Source of the DNA: Rhynchopus sp. YZ270_cl-10
Lineage: Eukaryota
Length of the DNA: 64,000 bases
NCBI GenBank assembly: GCA_964035575.1
Contig: OZ037838.1
Span: 620,001-684,000, forward strand
Reading direction: 5' to 3'
In this document: piece after piece, positions 9,242-20,743 of the stretch
How positions within the stretch are numbered: the first letter of the stretch is position 1
Layout of the letters: each line of letters opens with the position of its first letter
Position numbers and translations under genes: made by a program
The notes under the pieces: model-generated
What the model saw: only the letters and a program-made list of their open reading frames with translations
The model's database searches: none
Told to the model about the DNA's origin: nothing

Positions 9242-10387
9242 TCACTCACTGTTGTGTGGGTACAAATGTTGTGTCACAATGCCGCCAGCTGGTTGCACCA
9301 TAACAACGCGCGAACACGGCGATATCACAAATGACAAAATATAGGTTTGCGGTATCACACGCACACAGGACATGGTTGCCACATCATACTGGTGCAGGAA
9401 GAAATTGGAATCGTAATAGTCAGAATCTTCACTGCCTTCATCTCTAGAATCCGCAACCTCTACCGCCACCACAAGGTACTTCCCACACGGGGTGAACTGC
9501 ATGCACTCGTTGCCCCAACCCCAATCCACAGCAACACTGCGAAGAGCCACGCCATCCCGATCATAGAGCTGTACGTTGTTTCCCATCTCCACAGCAAAGA
9601 CAGAGGCAGACCGTGAAAGCGCGACAGTACGGCTGGATACAGGCACACATGCCACAGCTTCACCTGTGTTCACATCCCACAGACGTATGTTGCCCTCCAT
9701 TTCGGATCTGGTGATCACCCACCCACCACAGTCCGACATTGCCAAGTTCCCACACCACTCGTCGCACCCCTTGTGTGAGAGAGTGCGGAGCAACGTCAGG
9801 TCTTCGTCATACACAGAGACGCCGTCTTTTCCCTTCGAGACAACAACACCACCACACGCGAACACTGACTTCGAGATGATGTGGACTTTGCGGAGCACCT
9901 CCCCACCCGGAAGTGCAACCTCGAGAAGGTGATCCCCACACGCCAAGTAGCAGCGTGCCTTGCACTGCGAGATGGCAGGCCGACCGTACACATCATTGTC
10001 CACCTCAAACGAGAAGACAGTATCGAAGGTTTCTGTGTCGAAGCCGCCAACATATCCACTTCCGTGCGGACTATTTCTAAGATGGACACAGAGTGTTCCA
10101 CAACGAGACAGCGACAAGTCTTTTGCATTCTCACCATACACAGCAGGACACTTGATGTCGGCAAAGCGGCGGGCGAGCACAACCTGCACCCCTGCACCAA
10201 ACGCAGTGTCCTGCAGACGGCACGTCCCCTCCAGCACCTGCGTGCCGATGCGCATCTCGACAGACGCAGGCGAGACAGCAAGCGCCGTGCACGCAACCTC
10301 CTTTGCCGCTGCAACGTCCGCCTCGCACGGCACCTCCACTGTCGCAGTCACGCCTGACTCTTCCAGCACAAAGGTCACATCCATCAT
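9242..10387 (-). CDS. U2: UBL + beta-propeller (381 aa)
   Basis: Intact paralogous ORF. Confidence 0.9.
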   Translation of the reverse strand: MMDVTFVLEESGVTATVEVPCEADVAAAKEVACTALAVSPASVEMRIGTQVLEGTCRLQDTAFGAGVQVVLARRFADIKCPAVYGENAKDLSLSRCGTLCVHLRNSPHGSGYVGGFDTETFDTVFSFEVDNDVYGRPAISQCKARCYLACGDHLLEVALPGGEVLRKVHIISKSVFACGGVVVSKGKDGVSVYDEDLTLLRTLSHKGCDEWCGNLAMSDCGGWVITRSEMEGNIRLWDVNTGEAVACVPVSSRTVALSRSASVFAVEMGNNVQLYDRDGVALRSVAVDWGWGNECMQFTPCGKYLVVAVEVADSRDEGSEDSDYYDSNFFLHQYDVATMSCVRVIPQTYILSFVISPCSRVVMVQPAGGIVTQHLYPHNSE

Positions 10388-11438
10388 TGTTTCTTCTTTT
10401 TTGCTTCACTGCTCACGGGGGTGATGATGAGGTGGGTGGGGGGGGGAGGTGTTGTTCTGTTTGTGGCGGTACTCACTGTGAGCCACACAGAAGAGAACAG
10501 CTTGGGACAACCAACACGCCCAGCTTTCCTATTTGTACGACACGCGCAATATGGCGAAGGTGAAGCGGTGGGATGTTAGCATGCCACCACCTCGTCAGAG
10601 ACGATCGACCATCAGACCTGCGAGGACGAAGAGATTCACCACCACTGAACAGTCTACATGCTACGTTACACTCCACTGTTGGCACAGTGTCAGAGAACAA
10701 AGAATCCCGCCACATCACAATCAAACTTGTGTGAGCTTTGCTGTGGTCTTGGTCGGTTGTAGATAAGAAGCCTCGACAAAGGTGAGACGAAGGCATGCAG
10801 TCCCTCCCCCGGGTTACCAAGTGGAAAAAATGTGTGCCACTTCTTTTTCATGTAGCCACCCGCGTTTCGGGGGGTGACACACCCGAAAAGCGGGTATCGT
10901 TACACCCTCTAGTTGCGTCTCCAGTTTGACTCCAGCTCAGAGGCTGGACCCTTACCCCTCCCGTGTGAGCAAGCAAAACAGGTCACCCCGTGGCAAGCCT
11001 TCCTCAAAAAAAATCTGAGCTGTGCTGGTGGTATGTGTGATTGGGTTGAGTGAAATTGGGCGGAATTAACAAATGGGCTGTGTTCGGTTCGGATAGGTGG
11101 GTGGAAAAACGGTACATGATGACCATAATTTGAAACAATCAAGAACTTGTCCATTTTTCCAAAAAAAAAAAAATGAACCCACTACAGTGAGGGTGAGTTC
11201 GTAAAACCCGAAACCCCACCAAAAAAAGGGGGGAAATGAGAACATAAATCCAGAACTTTGATGTTTTTTCTAAGGAGGCTACCCTGCCCAACCCCCAGAT
11301 ATGGCTTTCTTGAACAGGCTAGGTAAACAACGAAAAGAAAGTGACTTGAGGCAATGAAGGCAGCAGAGTTGTGAGCTTCAGGTACTCCCGTTCGCTGCCA
11401 CACCATTTGCCAATCCACGTGGTGCCAAATCATGAACA

Positions 11439-12557
11439 TCACTTGTTGTGGGGGTACAGATGTCTCGTCACAATGTTGGTGCTGCCGGACAACGAAAACA
11501 TGACCACACTCGAACACGGGGATATCGCAAATGACGCACTGTTGACGCCCTGGATCACAAGTACACAGGCCATCGTCGCCACATCATACTGGTGCAGCTT
11601 TAGATTGCCAGCATCCTCATCGTCGTAACGTTCATCTTCCGCAACTCCCACGCCCACCACAAGGTACTTCCCACATGGGGTGAACTGCATGCACTCGACA
11701 CACCCACCCGCATCAACACTGCGAAGAGCCGCACCACTCCAATCAAAGAGCTGCATGTTGCCACGTCCCTCCACAGCAAAGACAGAGGCAGACCGTGAAA
11801 GCGCCACGAGACACCACCCCTCAACAGTCACACATGCCACAGCTTCACCTGTGTTCGCATCCCACAGACGTGTGTTGTTCTCACTGTAGGAGGAGGTGAT
11901 CACCCACCCACCACAGTCCGACACTGCCGCATACAGGCACCCTTCATGCGAGAGAGAGCGGAGCAACGTCAGGTCTTCGTCATACACAGAGAGGCCGTCG
12001 TTGCCTTGGGAGACAACAACACTACCACACGCGAACACTGCGTGCGAGGTGATTTCGACTTTGCGGAGCACCTCCCCACCCGGAAGCGCAACCTCGAGAA
12101 GGTGATCCGCACACGCCAGGTAGCAGCGTGTCTTGCACTGCGAGATGGCAGGCGGACAGTACTCACAACGGCCAATTGTAAATTCGAAGGCAGTTTCGAA
12201 GTTTTCTGTGTCGAAGCCGCCAACATGCCCACTCTTGTTACTATACACGCAGAGTGTTCCACAACGCGATAGCATCAACGACATCGCGCTCACCTCTGAC
12301 CTGTGTTCAGCAGGACACTTGACGTCGGCCAAGCGAGGACAGGCAAGCACAACCTGCACCCCTGCATCAAACGCAGTGTCCTGCAGACGGCACGTCCCCT
12401 CCAGCACCTGCGTGCCGATGCGCATCTCGACAGACGCAGGCGAGACAGCAAGCGCCGTGCACGCAACCTCCTTTGCCGCTGCAACCTTCGCCTCGCACGG
12501 CACCTCCACTGTCGCAGTCACGCCTGACTCTTCCAGCACAAAGGTCACATCCATCAT
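11439..12557 (-). CDS. U3: UBL + beta-propeller (372 aa, ends YPHNK)
   Basis: Intact paralogous ORF; start placed at the conserved MMDVTF. Confidence 0.9.
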   Translation of the reverse strand: MMDVTFVLEESGVTATVEVPCEAKVAAAKEVACTALAVSPASVEMRIGTQVLEGTCRLQDTAFDAGVQVVLACPRLADVKCPAEHRSEVSAMSLMLSRCGTLCVYSNKSGHVGGFDTENFETAFEFTIGRCEYCPPAISQCKTRCYLACADHLLEVALPGGEVLRKVEITSHAVFACGSVVVSQGNDGLSVYDEDLTLLRSLSHEGCLYAAVSDCGGWVITSSYSENNTRLWDANTGEAVACVTVEGWCLVALSRSASVFAVEGRGNMQLFDWSGAALRSVDAGGCVECMQFTPCGKYLVVGVGVAEDERYDDEDAGNLKLHQYDVATMACVLVIQGVNSASFAISPCSSVVMFSLSGSTNIVTRHLYPHNK

Positions 12558-12882
12558 TGGTTCTTCTTCTTTGCTCCACTGCTCACGGGGGTGATGATGA
12601 GGTGGGTGGGGGAGAGGTGTTGTTCTGTGTTGCATGTTGGTGGTGATTCTCGTTGTGAGAGGTGACGAATGGAAAATGATACTCAGCATCGCGATCTGTC
12701 ACCCACACGAGAGCACCGCATGGGCAGCGTGTGAAGTGGGCGACCTGTGTCAAGCATACAAGAGAAAAGCAGCAACAGGGCTGAAAGGGGAGTTTATTGG
12801 GTGTTTTGAGGATCTTGGGTTTTTTTGCTTGGACCCTGGGGTATATCGATCACCACCCTCCCTCCCCTCCCCTGGTCACACA

Positions 12883-13971
12883 TCACTCACTGTTGTGTGG
12901 GTACAGATGTCTTGTCACAATGACGCCATCTGATTCCATAACCACAAGAATACGTGAACACGGCGATATCACAAATGACGTAGCATAGGCTTGCGGGACC
13001 ACACGCACACAGGACATGGTTGCCACATCATACTGGTGCAGCGCCTGTGGATTCCTTACCACAAGGTACTTCCCACACGGGGTGAACTGCATGCCCCAGA
13101 CATCTCCACGTATATCAACACTGCGAAGAGCCGCACCACTCCAGTCATAGAGCTGAACGGTGCTCTCCTCCCCCACAGCAAAGACAGAGGCAGACCGTGA
13201 AAGCGCCACTCTACACCGCCACCACTCCGCAGGCACACATACCACAACTTCACCTGTGTTCACATCCGACAGACGAACGTTCTTCTCCCTGCTGGAGGAG
13301 GTGATCACCCACCCACCACAGTCAGACACTGCCACCTCCCTGCACCTTTCGTGCGAGAGAGAGCGGAGCAACGTCAGGTCTTCGTCATACACAGAGACGC
13401 CGTCTTCACCTTCGGAGACAACAACACTGCCACACGCAAACACTTTGAACGAGCTGCCTTCAGTTTCGACTTTGCGGACCACCTCCCCACCAGGAAGCGC
13501 AACCTCGGCAAGGTAACCCAAACACGGCAGGTAGCAGCGTGTCTTGCACTGAGAGATGGCAGGCGGACCGACCACTTCCGTGTCCGCTTCAAACGAGAAG
13601 ACAGTGTTGAAGGTTTCTGTGTCGAAGCCAACAACATTCTTCTCATGAATATAGACGCAGAGTGTTCCACAACGCGACAGCGACATCGCTGCGTGCCCCG
13701 ATGACCTCTCGAAATTGTACTCAGCAGGACACTTGATGTCGGCCAAGCGAGGGCGGGCAAGCACAACCTGCACCCCTGCACCAAACGCAGTGTCCTGCAG
13801 ACGGCACGTCCCCTCCAACACCTGCGTGCCGATGCGCATCTCGACAGACGCAGGCGACACAGCAAGCGCCGTGCACGCAACCTCCTTTGCCGCTGCAACG
13901 TCCGCCTCGCACGGCACCTCCACTGTCGCAGTCACGCCTGACTCTTCCAGCACAAAGGTCACATCCATCAT
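12883..13971 (-). CDS. U4: UBL + beta-propeller (362 aa)
   Basis: Intact paralogous ORF; start at MMDVTF. Confidence 0.9.
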   Translation of the reverse strand: MMDVTFVLEESGVTATVEVPCEADVAAAKEVACTALAVSPASVEMRIGTQVLEGTCRLQDTAFGAGVQVVLARPRLADIKCPAEYNFERSSGHAAMSLSRCGTLCVYIHEKNVVGFDTETFNTVFSFEADTEVVGPPAISQCKTRCYLPCLGYLAEVALPGGEVVRKVETEGSSFKVFACGSVVVSEGEDGVSVYDEDLTLLRSLSHERCREVAVSDCGGWVITSSSREKNVRLSDVNTGEVVVCVPAEWWRCRVALSRSASVFAVGEESTVQLYDWSGAALRSVDIRGDVWGMQFTPCGKYLVVRNPQALHQYDVATMSCVRVVPQAYATSFVISPCSRILVVMESDGVIVTRHLYPHNSE

Positions 13972-14441
13972 ATTGTTAAGGGCTCTGTTGTGTTTGATGT
14001 GATGGTTGGTGGTGTCACTTCGCAACGACAAATAAGAAGGTTGGTGGGTTAAATACGTGTTTCAACAAACTCTGACAAAGCAAGCAATTTGAAGATACCC
14101 TGCGACAAACACGCAGTCGTTGTCGTTTTCCAAAGATTGTGGTGTGGAATAATCCAGCTCAGGCGAAAAGAAGAGAAAGTGCAAAAAGAAGTGACTCGAG
14201 ATACAATGCCTTGCCCTGGCAGTGTACCTTTTGGTGCGTGACCAGAACACTGTGGGTGGACCCGCGGCTGATCCCCCTAGACAGAGATGGCGTGCGAAGA
14301 GTTTTCTTTGCATTCTTCTTCGCATTCGGGGGGAAAGCTAAAAGGGGGGTTTCTTGGGGGTGTTTTGAGGGTCTTGGGTTGTTTTGCTGGTACCCTGGGT
14401 TATATTCATCACCACCCTCCCTCCCTTCCCCTGGTCACACA

Positions 14442-15569
14442 TCACTCACTGTTGTGTGGGTACAGATGCCTTGTCACAATGACGCGATCTGATTGCATAG
14501 TAACAACAACACGTGAACACGGCGATATCGCAAAGGACCCACCTGATCGGTGCGGTATCACATGCACACAGGACATGGTCGCCACATCATACTGGTGCAG
14601 GTGTGTATCTTCGTCATCGCCACATTCTACATCAAAGCTCCTCACCACAAGGTACTTCCCACACGGGGTGAACTGCATACACTCGACTTTCCCACCCACA
14701 TCAACACTGCGAAGAGCCGCACCACTCCAATCATAGAGCTGCACGGTGTTTTGCTCCCCCACAGCAAAGACAGAGGCAGACCGTGAAAGCGCCACGTACC
14801 GCCACCCATCCGCAGGCACACATGCCACAACTTCACCTGTGTTCACATCCCACAGGCATATGTTCTTCTCCTTCCTGGAGGAGGTGATCACCCACCCACC
14901 ACAGTCCGACATTGCCATGTCATGACACCATTTGTGCGAGAGAGAGCGGAGCAACGTCAGGTCTTCGTCATACACAGAGACGACGTTGTGTCCCTGCGAG
15001 ACAACAACACCGCCACACGCGAACACTGACGACGAGTTGCCGTCAACTTTGCGGACCACCTCCCCACCCGGAAGCGCAACCTTGAGAAGGCCTTCCTTCT
15101 TGCACGGCAGGTAGCAGCGTGTCTTGCACTGCGAGATGGCAGGTGGACCGAGCTCATCAGTGTGCACTTTGAACGAGAAGGCAGTGTCGAAGGTTTCTGT
15201 GTCGAAGCCACCAACGTGCCCAGTACATTCGCCCATCAATACGCAGACCTCGGGACTGTAGACGCAGAGCGTTCCACAACGCGACAGCGACAAGTAGTCT
15301 GCTTGCTGCCGCCAACTGTACTCAGCAGGACACTTGATGTCAGCAAAGCGGCGGGCAAGCACAACCTGCACCCCTGCACCAAACGCAGTGTCCTGCAGAC
15401 GGCACGTCCCCTCCAGCACCTGCGTGCCGATGCGCATCTCGACAGACGCAGGCGAGACAGCAAGCGCCGTGCACGCAACCTCCTTTGCCGCTGCAACGTT
15501 CGACTCGCACAGCACCTCCACTGTCGCAGTCACGCCTGACTCTTCCAGCACAAAGGTCACATCCATCAT
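14442..15569 (-). CDS. U5: UBL + beta-propeller (375 aa)
   Basis: Intact paralogous ORF; start at MMDVTF. Confidence 0.9.
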   Translation of the reverse strand: MMDVTFVLEESGVTATVEVLCESNVAAAKEVACTALAVSPASVEMRIGTQVLEGTCRLQDTAFGAGVQVVLARRFADIKCPAEYSWRQQADYLSLSRCGTLCVYSPEVCVLMGECTGHVGGFDTETFDTAFSFKVHTDELGPPAISQCKTRCYLPCKKEGLLKVALPGGEVVRKVDGNSSSVFACGGVVVSQGHNVVSVYDEDLTLLRSLSHKWCHDMAMSDCGGWVITSSRKEKNICLWDVNTGEVVACVPADGWRYVALSRSASVFAVGEQNTVQLYDWSGAALRSVDVGGKVECMQFTPCGKYLVVRSFDVECGDDEDTHLHQYDVATMSCVHVIPHRSGGSFAISPCSRVVVTMQSDRVIVTRHLYPHNSE

Positions 15570-17159
15570 TGTTTCAAGAGCTGTGTTGGTGTGATGCAAT
15601 TTAATGTTCTGTTTGGGTGGACACGTGGAAAGAGGAAACGGGGGATAGGGACCGCTGTTTGGAGCGGGGTGTACTGTCTCATGGGTGATTTGGGGTCTTT
15701 TTTCAGGAAAATTCACAAAACCTACCTGATTTTTACCCCGCGTATAGGCGCATATAGGTTCGTGTATATGTCCCCCCACAACCCGCTGAAGCCACTCTTT
15801 TCCCTCTCCATGGGACACCTTCGGCACCGCTTTGTCCTGGCAATCACCACTGCGCCAAGCGGAGGGTGAGGAGGTCGCTTTCTGGGATGATGAGATCGTG
15901 GAAGGAGACGACGACTGGGCATGGGGGCTGTGTGACGAAGGGGCCGACGACTGGGATTTCCCTGAGGTATACTTCCCTCACAACCAGTTGTGGTAGATGC
16001 GTTGATGCCACTTCGTCCGCGGCATACGGGGTTCAGGCACAGGAGGTCAACAAAGGTCTGGCAGAAGTCCGATCCCACTGTGGCACACCCTCGCACATGA
16101 CTGCAGCCTAGCGGCCATCCACGCCTCGGGGTGTCGCTCCTCCACCGTGCTACCCCACCTACCGGAAGGCGCGACATGAGAAGCATCCTCAAGTCTGGCG
16201 GTGCGCTCACTCGGTGGATTGACAGCATCAAGGGCACTGCAAAGACTATCTTGCGTCTCTTCGCATTGAGACGCAACCTCAACATCGTCATCGTCCAGTC
16301 AGGTGAGTCACCGGTCATCCTGGTTGCTCCTGTTTGTGAATTTATGTGAATTTACGTGAATTGGAACCTGGAACATTCACAAAACCTTCACTAGCGATTC
16401 ACATAAATTCACAAAAAATCGGGCACCTGGTGTGTCACATTCTTTCCCCCCCCGCCTAGTTATGAATTTTTGTGAATTTTCCTGAATAAAAAAGTCCTCA
16501 AATACCCCATCAGAAATTACAGACTGGGGAGAATAATATGAACGGACAGTGAGGGTCTGAATGGTCTCATGAGGGTGTCGACACAAAAACGATAGCAACA
16601 AACACGAATTCATCTGAACCTGAACATCTTTTCCATTGTTGTCGAGAAAGAAAAGAATGAATGAAAAGTTTATCAGATGAAGCCTCTCGGACTTTGTCAC
16701 CTGGAGCACAAATTGTCACAATCGTTATCGCACAGCATCTGCTGTGTGGAGTTGCACGGTACTTCAGTATCCACGTTTTCGTCCGCGCTTTTTTGGCGCA
16801 ATGCCATCTCTCGAATCCACACTTAAAAATAGCTATTATCCCGCTGCTATCCGGGTAAAACACCGCTGTTTCTTACCATAACTGTAGTGGGCCGTGGCTG
16901 CGAAAGAAAAATGTGCAACATCCACAAATAGACTGTCGACACTACTGCCCAGACCGACTTTAGATTTACAATATACATCTTCACCCAAAAGGATAACACC
17001 AAAACACTACTATGTCAATACCTATCTTCACCCACAGGAAAAAATGGAAAACGAAACAAGGGGGAGAGTATGCTCGTTGTACGCTTCCACCAACACAAAA
17101 AAAATTACCTCCAAACAAACATGGACCTATCATCCCAGTTCCCCTCCCCTGGTCACACG

Positions 17160-18230
17160 TCACTCACTGTTGTGTGGGTACAGATGCTTTGTCACAATGA
17201 CGCCATCTGATTGCATAACCACAACAACACGTGAACACGGCGATATCACAAAGGACGTATCTGAGTCATGCGTCATCACATGCACACGGGACATGGTCGC
17301 CACATCATACTGGTGCAGAACGTGTGCAGTCTTTACCACAAGGTACTTCCCACACGGGGTGAACTTCATGCCCCAGATATTCCCACGTATAGCAACACTG
17401 CGAAGAGCCGCACCACTCCAGTCAAAGAGCTGAACGGCGCTTTCCCCCCCCACAGCAAAGACAGAGGCAGACCGTGAAAGCGCCACTGGACACCAGAACC
17501 CCGCAGGCACACATGCCACAGCTTCATCTGTGTTCACATCCCACAGACGCATGTTCTTCTCCTTGTTGGAGGAGGTGATCACCCACCCACCACAGTCCGA
17601 CACTGCCATTCCCCAACACCTTTCGTGTGAGAGAGAGCGGAGCAACATCAGGTCTTCGTCATACACAGAGACGCCGTCTTTGCCCTTCGAGACAACAACA
17701 CTACCACACGCGAACACTGACTTCGAGATGCCGTCAACTTTGCGGACCACCTCCCCACCCGGAAGCGCAACCTCGAGAAGGTGGTCCTGACACGCCAGGT
17801 AGCAGCGTGTCTTGCACTGCGAGACGGCAGGCCAACCGTACACTTCCGTGTCCACTTCAAACGAGAAGACAGTGTTGAAGGTGTCTGTGTCGAAGCCGCC
17901 AACATATCCACTTCCGTGCGGACTATAGACGCAGAGCGTTCCACAAGGCGACAGTGACAAGTGTCCCACATTTGTTGCAGTGTACTCAGCAGGACACTTG
18001 ATGTCGGCAAAGCGGCGGGCAAGCACAACCTGCACCCCTGCATCAAACGCAGTGTCCTGCAGACGGCACGTCCCCTCCAGCACCTGCGTGCCGATGCGCA
18101 TCTCGACAGACGCAGGCGAGACAGCAAGCGCCGTGCACGCAACCTCCTTTGCCGCTGCAACCTTCGCCTCGCACGGCACCTCCACTGTCGCAGTCACGCC
18201 TGACTCTTCCAGCACAAAGGTCACATCCAT
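17160..18230 (-). CDS. U6: UBL + beta-propeller (356 aa)
   Basis: Intact paralogous ORF; start at MDVTF. Confidence 0.9.
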   Translation of the reverse strand: MDVTFVLEESGVTATVEVPCEAKVAAAKEVACTALAVSPASVEMRIGTQVLEGTCRLQDTAFDAGVQVVLARRFADIKCPAEYTATNVGHLSLSPCGTLCVYSPHGSGYVGGFDTDTFNTVFSFEVDTEVYGWPAVSQCKTRCYLACQDHLLEVALPGGEVVRKVDGISKSVFACGSVVVSKGKDGVSVYDEDLMLLRSLSHERCWGMAVSDCGGWVITSSNKEKNMRLWDVNTDEAVACVPAGFWCPVALSRSASVFAVGGESAVQLFDWSGAALRSVAIRGNIWGMKFTPCGKYLVVKTAHVLHQYDVATMSRVHVMTHDSDTSFVISPCSRVVVVMQSDGVIVTKHLYPHNSE

Positions 18231-18570
18231 TGTGTTGCGTTGCTTCGTGAGAAGGTGCAAATCAGCACGTTTGCTCCACTACAAACGGAGGGAGTGATGA
18301 GGTGGGTGGGGGAGAGGTGTTGTTCTGTGTTGCGTGTTTGTGGTGGTTCTCGTTGTGAGAGGTGACGAATGGAAAATGATACTCAACATCGCGATCTGTC
18401 ACCCACACGAGAGCACCGCATGGGCAGCGTGTGAGGTGCGCGACCTGTGTCAAGCATACAAGAGAAAAGCAGCAACAGGGCTGAAAGGGGAGTTTCTTGG
18501 GGGTGTTTTGAGGGTTTTAGGTTTTTCTGCTGGTACCCTGGGTTATATTCATCACTCCCCTGGTCACACA

Positions 18571-19647
18571 TCACTCACTGTTGTGTGGGTACAGATGCTT
18601 TGTCACAATGACGCCATCTGGTTGCATAACCACAACAAGACGTGAACACGGCGATATCACAAATGACGTATCTGAGTTATGCGGTATCACATGCACACGG
18701 GACGTGGTCGCCACATCATACTGGTTCAGAACGTGTGCAGTCTTTACCACAAGGTACTTCCCACACGGGGTGAACTGCATGCCCAAGACATCTCCACGTA
18801 TATCAACACTGCGAAGAGCCGCACCACTCCAATCAAAGAGCTGCACGGTGTTGTTCCCCGCCTCAGTAAACACAGAAGCAGACCGTGAAAGCGCCACGAG
18901 ACACCACCTATCCGCAGGCACACATGCCACAGCTTCACCTGTGTTCACATCCCACAGACGTGTGTTCTTCTCCTTGTTGGAGGAGGTGATCACCCACCCA
19001 CCACAGTCCGACACTGCCACACTCCTGCACCTTTCGTGAGAGAGAGAGCGGAGCAACGTCAGGTCTTCGTCGTACACAGAGACGCCGACTGTGCCCTTCG
19101 AGACAACAACACTGCCACACGCGAACACTTTGAACGAGCTGCCTTCAGTATCGACTTTGCGGACCACCTCCCCACCCGGAAGCGCAACTTCGAGAAGTCC
19201 GTGTTCCCAACATGGCAGGTAGCAGCGTGTCTTGCACTGCGAGATGGCAGGCGGACCGTACACTTCCGTGACCACTTCGAATGAGAAGACAGTGTCGAAG
19301 GTTTCTGTGTCGAAGCCAACAACATTCTTATGATGAACATAGACGCAGAGCGTTCCACAACGCGACAGCGACAAGTTTTCCACATCTATTGCAGTGTACT
19401 CAGCAGGACACTTGATGTCAGCAAAGCGAGGACAGGCAAGCACAACCTGCACTCCTGAATCAAACGCAGTGTCCTGCAGACGGCACGTCCCCTCCAGCAC
19501 CTGCGTGCCGATGCGCATCTCGACAGATGCAGGCGAGACAGCAAGCGCCGTGCACGCAACCTCCTTTGCCGCTGCAACCTTCGCCTCGCACGGCACCTCC
19601 ACTGTCGCAGTCACGCCTGACTCTTCCAGCACAAAGGTCACATCCAT
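18571..19647 (-). CDS. U7: UBL + beta-propeller (358 aa)
   Basis: Intact paralogous ORF; start at MDVTF. Confidence 0.9.
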   Translation of the reverse strand: MDVTFVLEESGVTATVEVPCEAKVAAAKEVACTALAVSPASVEMRIGTQVLEGTCRLQDTAFDSGVQVVLACPRFADIKCPAEYTAIDVENLSLSRCGTLCVYVHHKNVVGFDTETFDTVFSFEVVTEVYGPPAISQCKTRCYLPCWEHGLLEVALPGGEVVRKVDTEGSSFKVFACGSVVVSKGTVGVSVYDEDLTLLRSLSHERCRSVAVSDCGGWVITSSNKEKNTRLWDVNTGEAVACVPADRWCLVALSRSASVFTEAGNNTVQLFDWSGAALRSVDIRGDVLGMQFTPCGKYLVVKTAHVLNQYDVATTSRVHVIPHNSDTSFVISPCSRLVVVMQPDGVIVTKHLYPHNSE

Positions 19648-20743
19648 TGTGTTGCGTTGCTTCGTGAGAAGGTGCAAATCAGCACTGTTGCTCCACCACA
19701 AACGGAGGGAGTGACGAGGTGGGTGGGGGAGAGGTGTTGTTCTGTGTTGCGTGTTGGTGGTGGTTCTCGTTGTGAGAGGTGACCAATGGAATGCTACACA
19801 ACATCGCGATCTGTCACCCACACGAGAGCACCGCATGGGCAGCGTGATGGGACGGAAGGGATGTCTCTCTGTGGGCGTAGACAGGTATCAAAAGGGAGGT
19901 AGGGAGTGCAGGTGTGGTGTGCAAGAGATAACAAACAGGTCGGGGAGAGGTCTTTTGTTTTTGAAAGCTTGGTTGTATTAGTGTGGATGTGCTCCACTGT
20001 GTTTTGCTTTTGAACGTGGCCACCTTCCTTTGGTTCTTGCCCTGCTGAGGCAGCATCAGTTTTGTATTTTCACGACTTTTCAGTTTCTCTATCCTCTGCG
20101 ATATGAAGCGCAAACACGCCGTTTTCAATTTGATTCGCAGACCGGTAACTGACTCACGAAGTTGCTGTGTCAAAAAACACTTTCCTCTGGTCTGTGAGTC
20201 GCGCAATGGCGTCACGGCTTTTATCATGACCACAGGCGTCCCATCCTGCTCATTTCTCTCAACATAAAAATCTCAAACCACACAAACGAAGGCAAAGGGA
20301 ATAATGGGCACACAAATGAATGGGGTGAACGACATCTTCTTCGTTCTCAAACACGAAAACCTTGAAAGTGATGTGCAAACCTACGTAGGATAGAAAATGA
20401 ATGCATCGCAATAAAATGTCTTTGCGTTTCACACAGGGACACCTCACTCAGGGGTGACCCCGAGACACAATAAAAAGTTTGAAAACACAAGGCATTCACA
20501 GTGTAGTCCTCATCCCAGCAGTGGCAGCTACCAGAGGCTCCTGAGATCGTCTCATAAGGCATCATTGCAGGAGATCACCTGAGTTTGTCGTTCTCGAAGT
20601 CAGTCAAACCCAACGGTTGGATGCTGTCCACCAACAGGGCTGAAAAGGGAGTTTCTTGGGGGTAGTTTGAGGGTCTTGGGTTGTTTTGCTGGTACCCTGG
20701 GGGAAAATCATCACCACCCTCCCTCCCCTCCCCTGGTCACACA

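Noticed and set aside
12558..12689. N-terminal extensions of track ORFs (U3, U5, U7, U8, U14-16, U19 etc.)
   Set aside because: Homology among copies begins abruptly at (M)MDVTF. The extensions are unrelated leader sequence, mostly from non-ATG starts.
15830..16330. GC-rich coding-like patches in spacers (also 10500-10800, 20000-20630, 43140-43620)
   Set aside because: Probably gene or TE debris; no frame or strand could be assigned with confidence.
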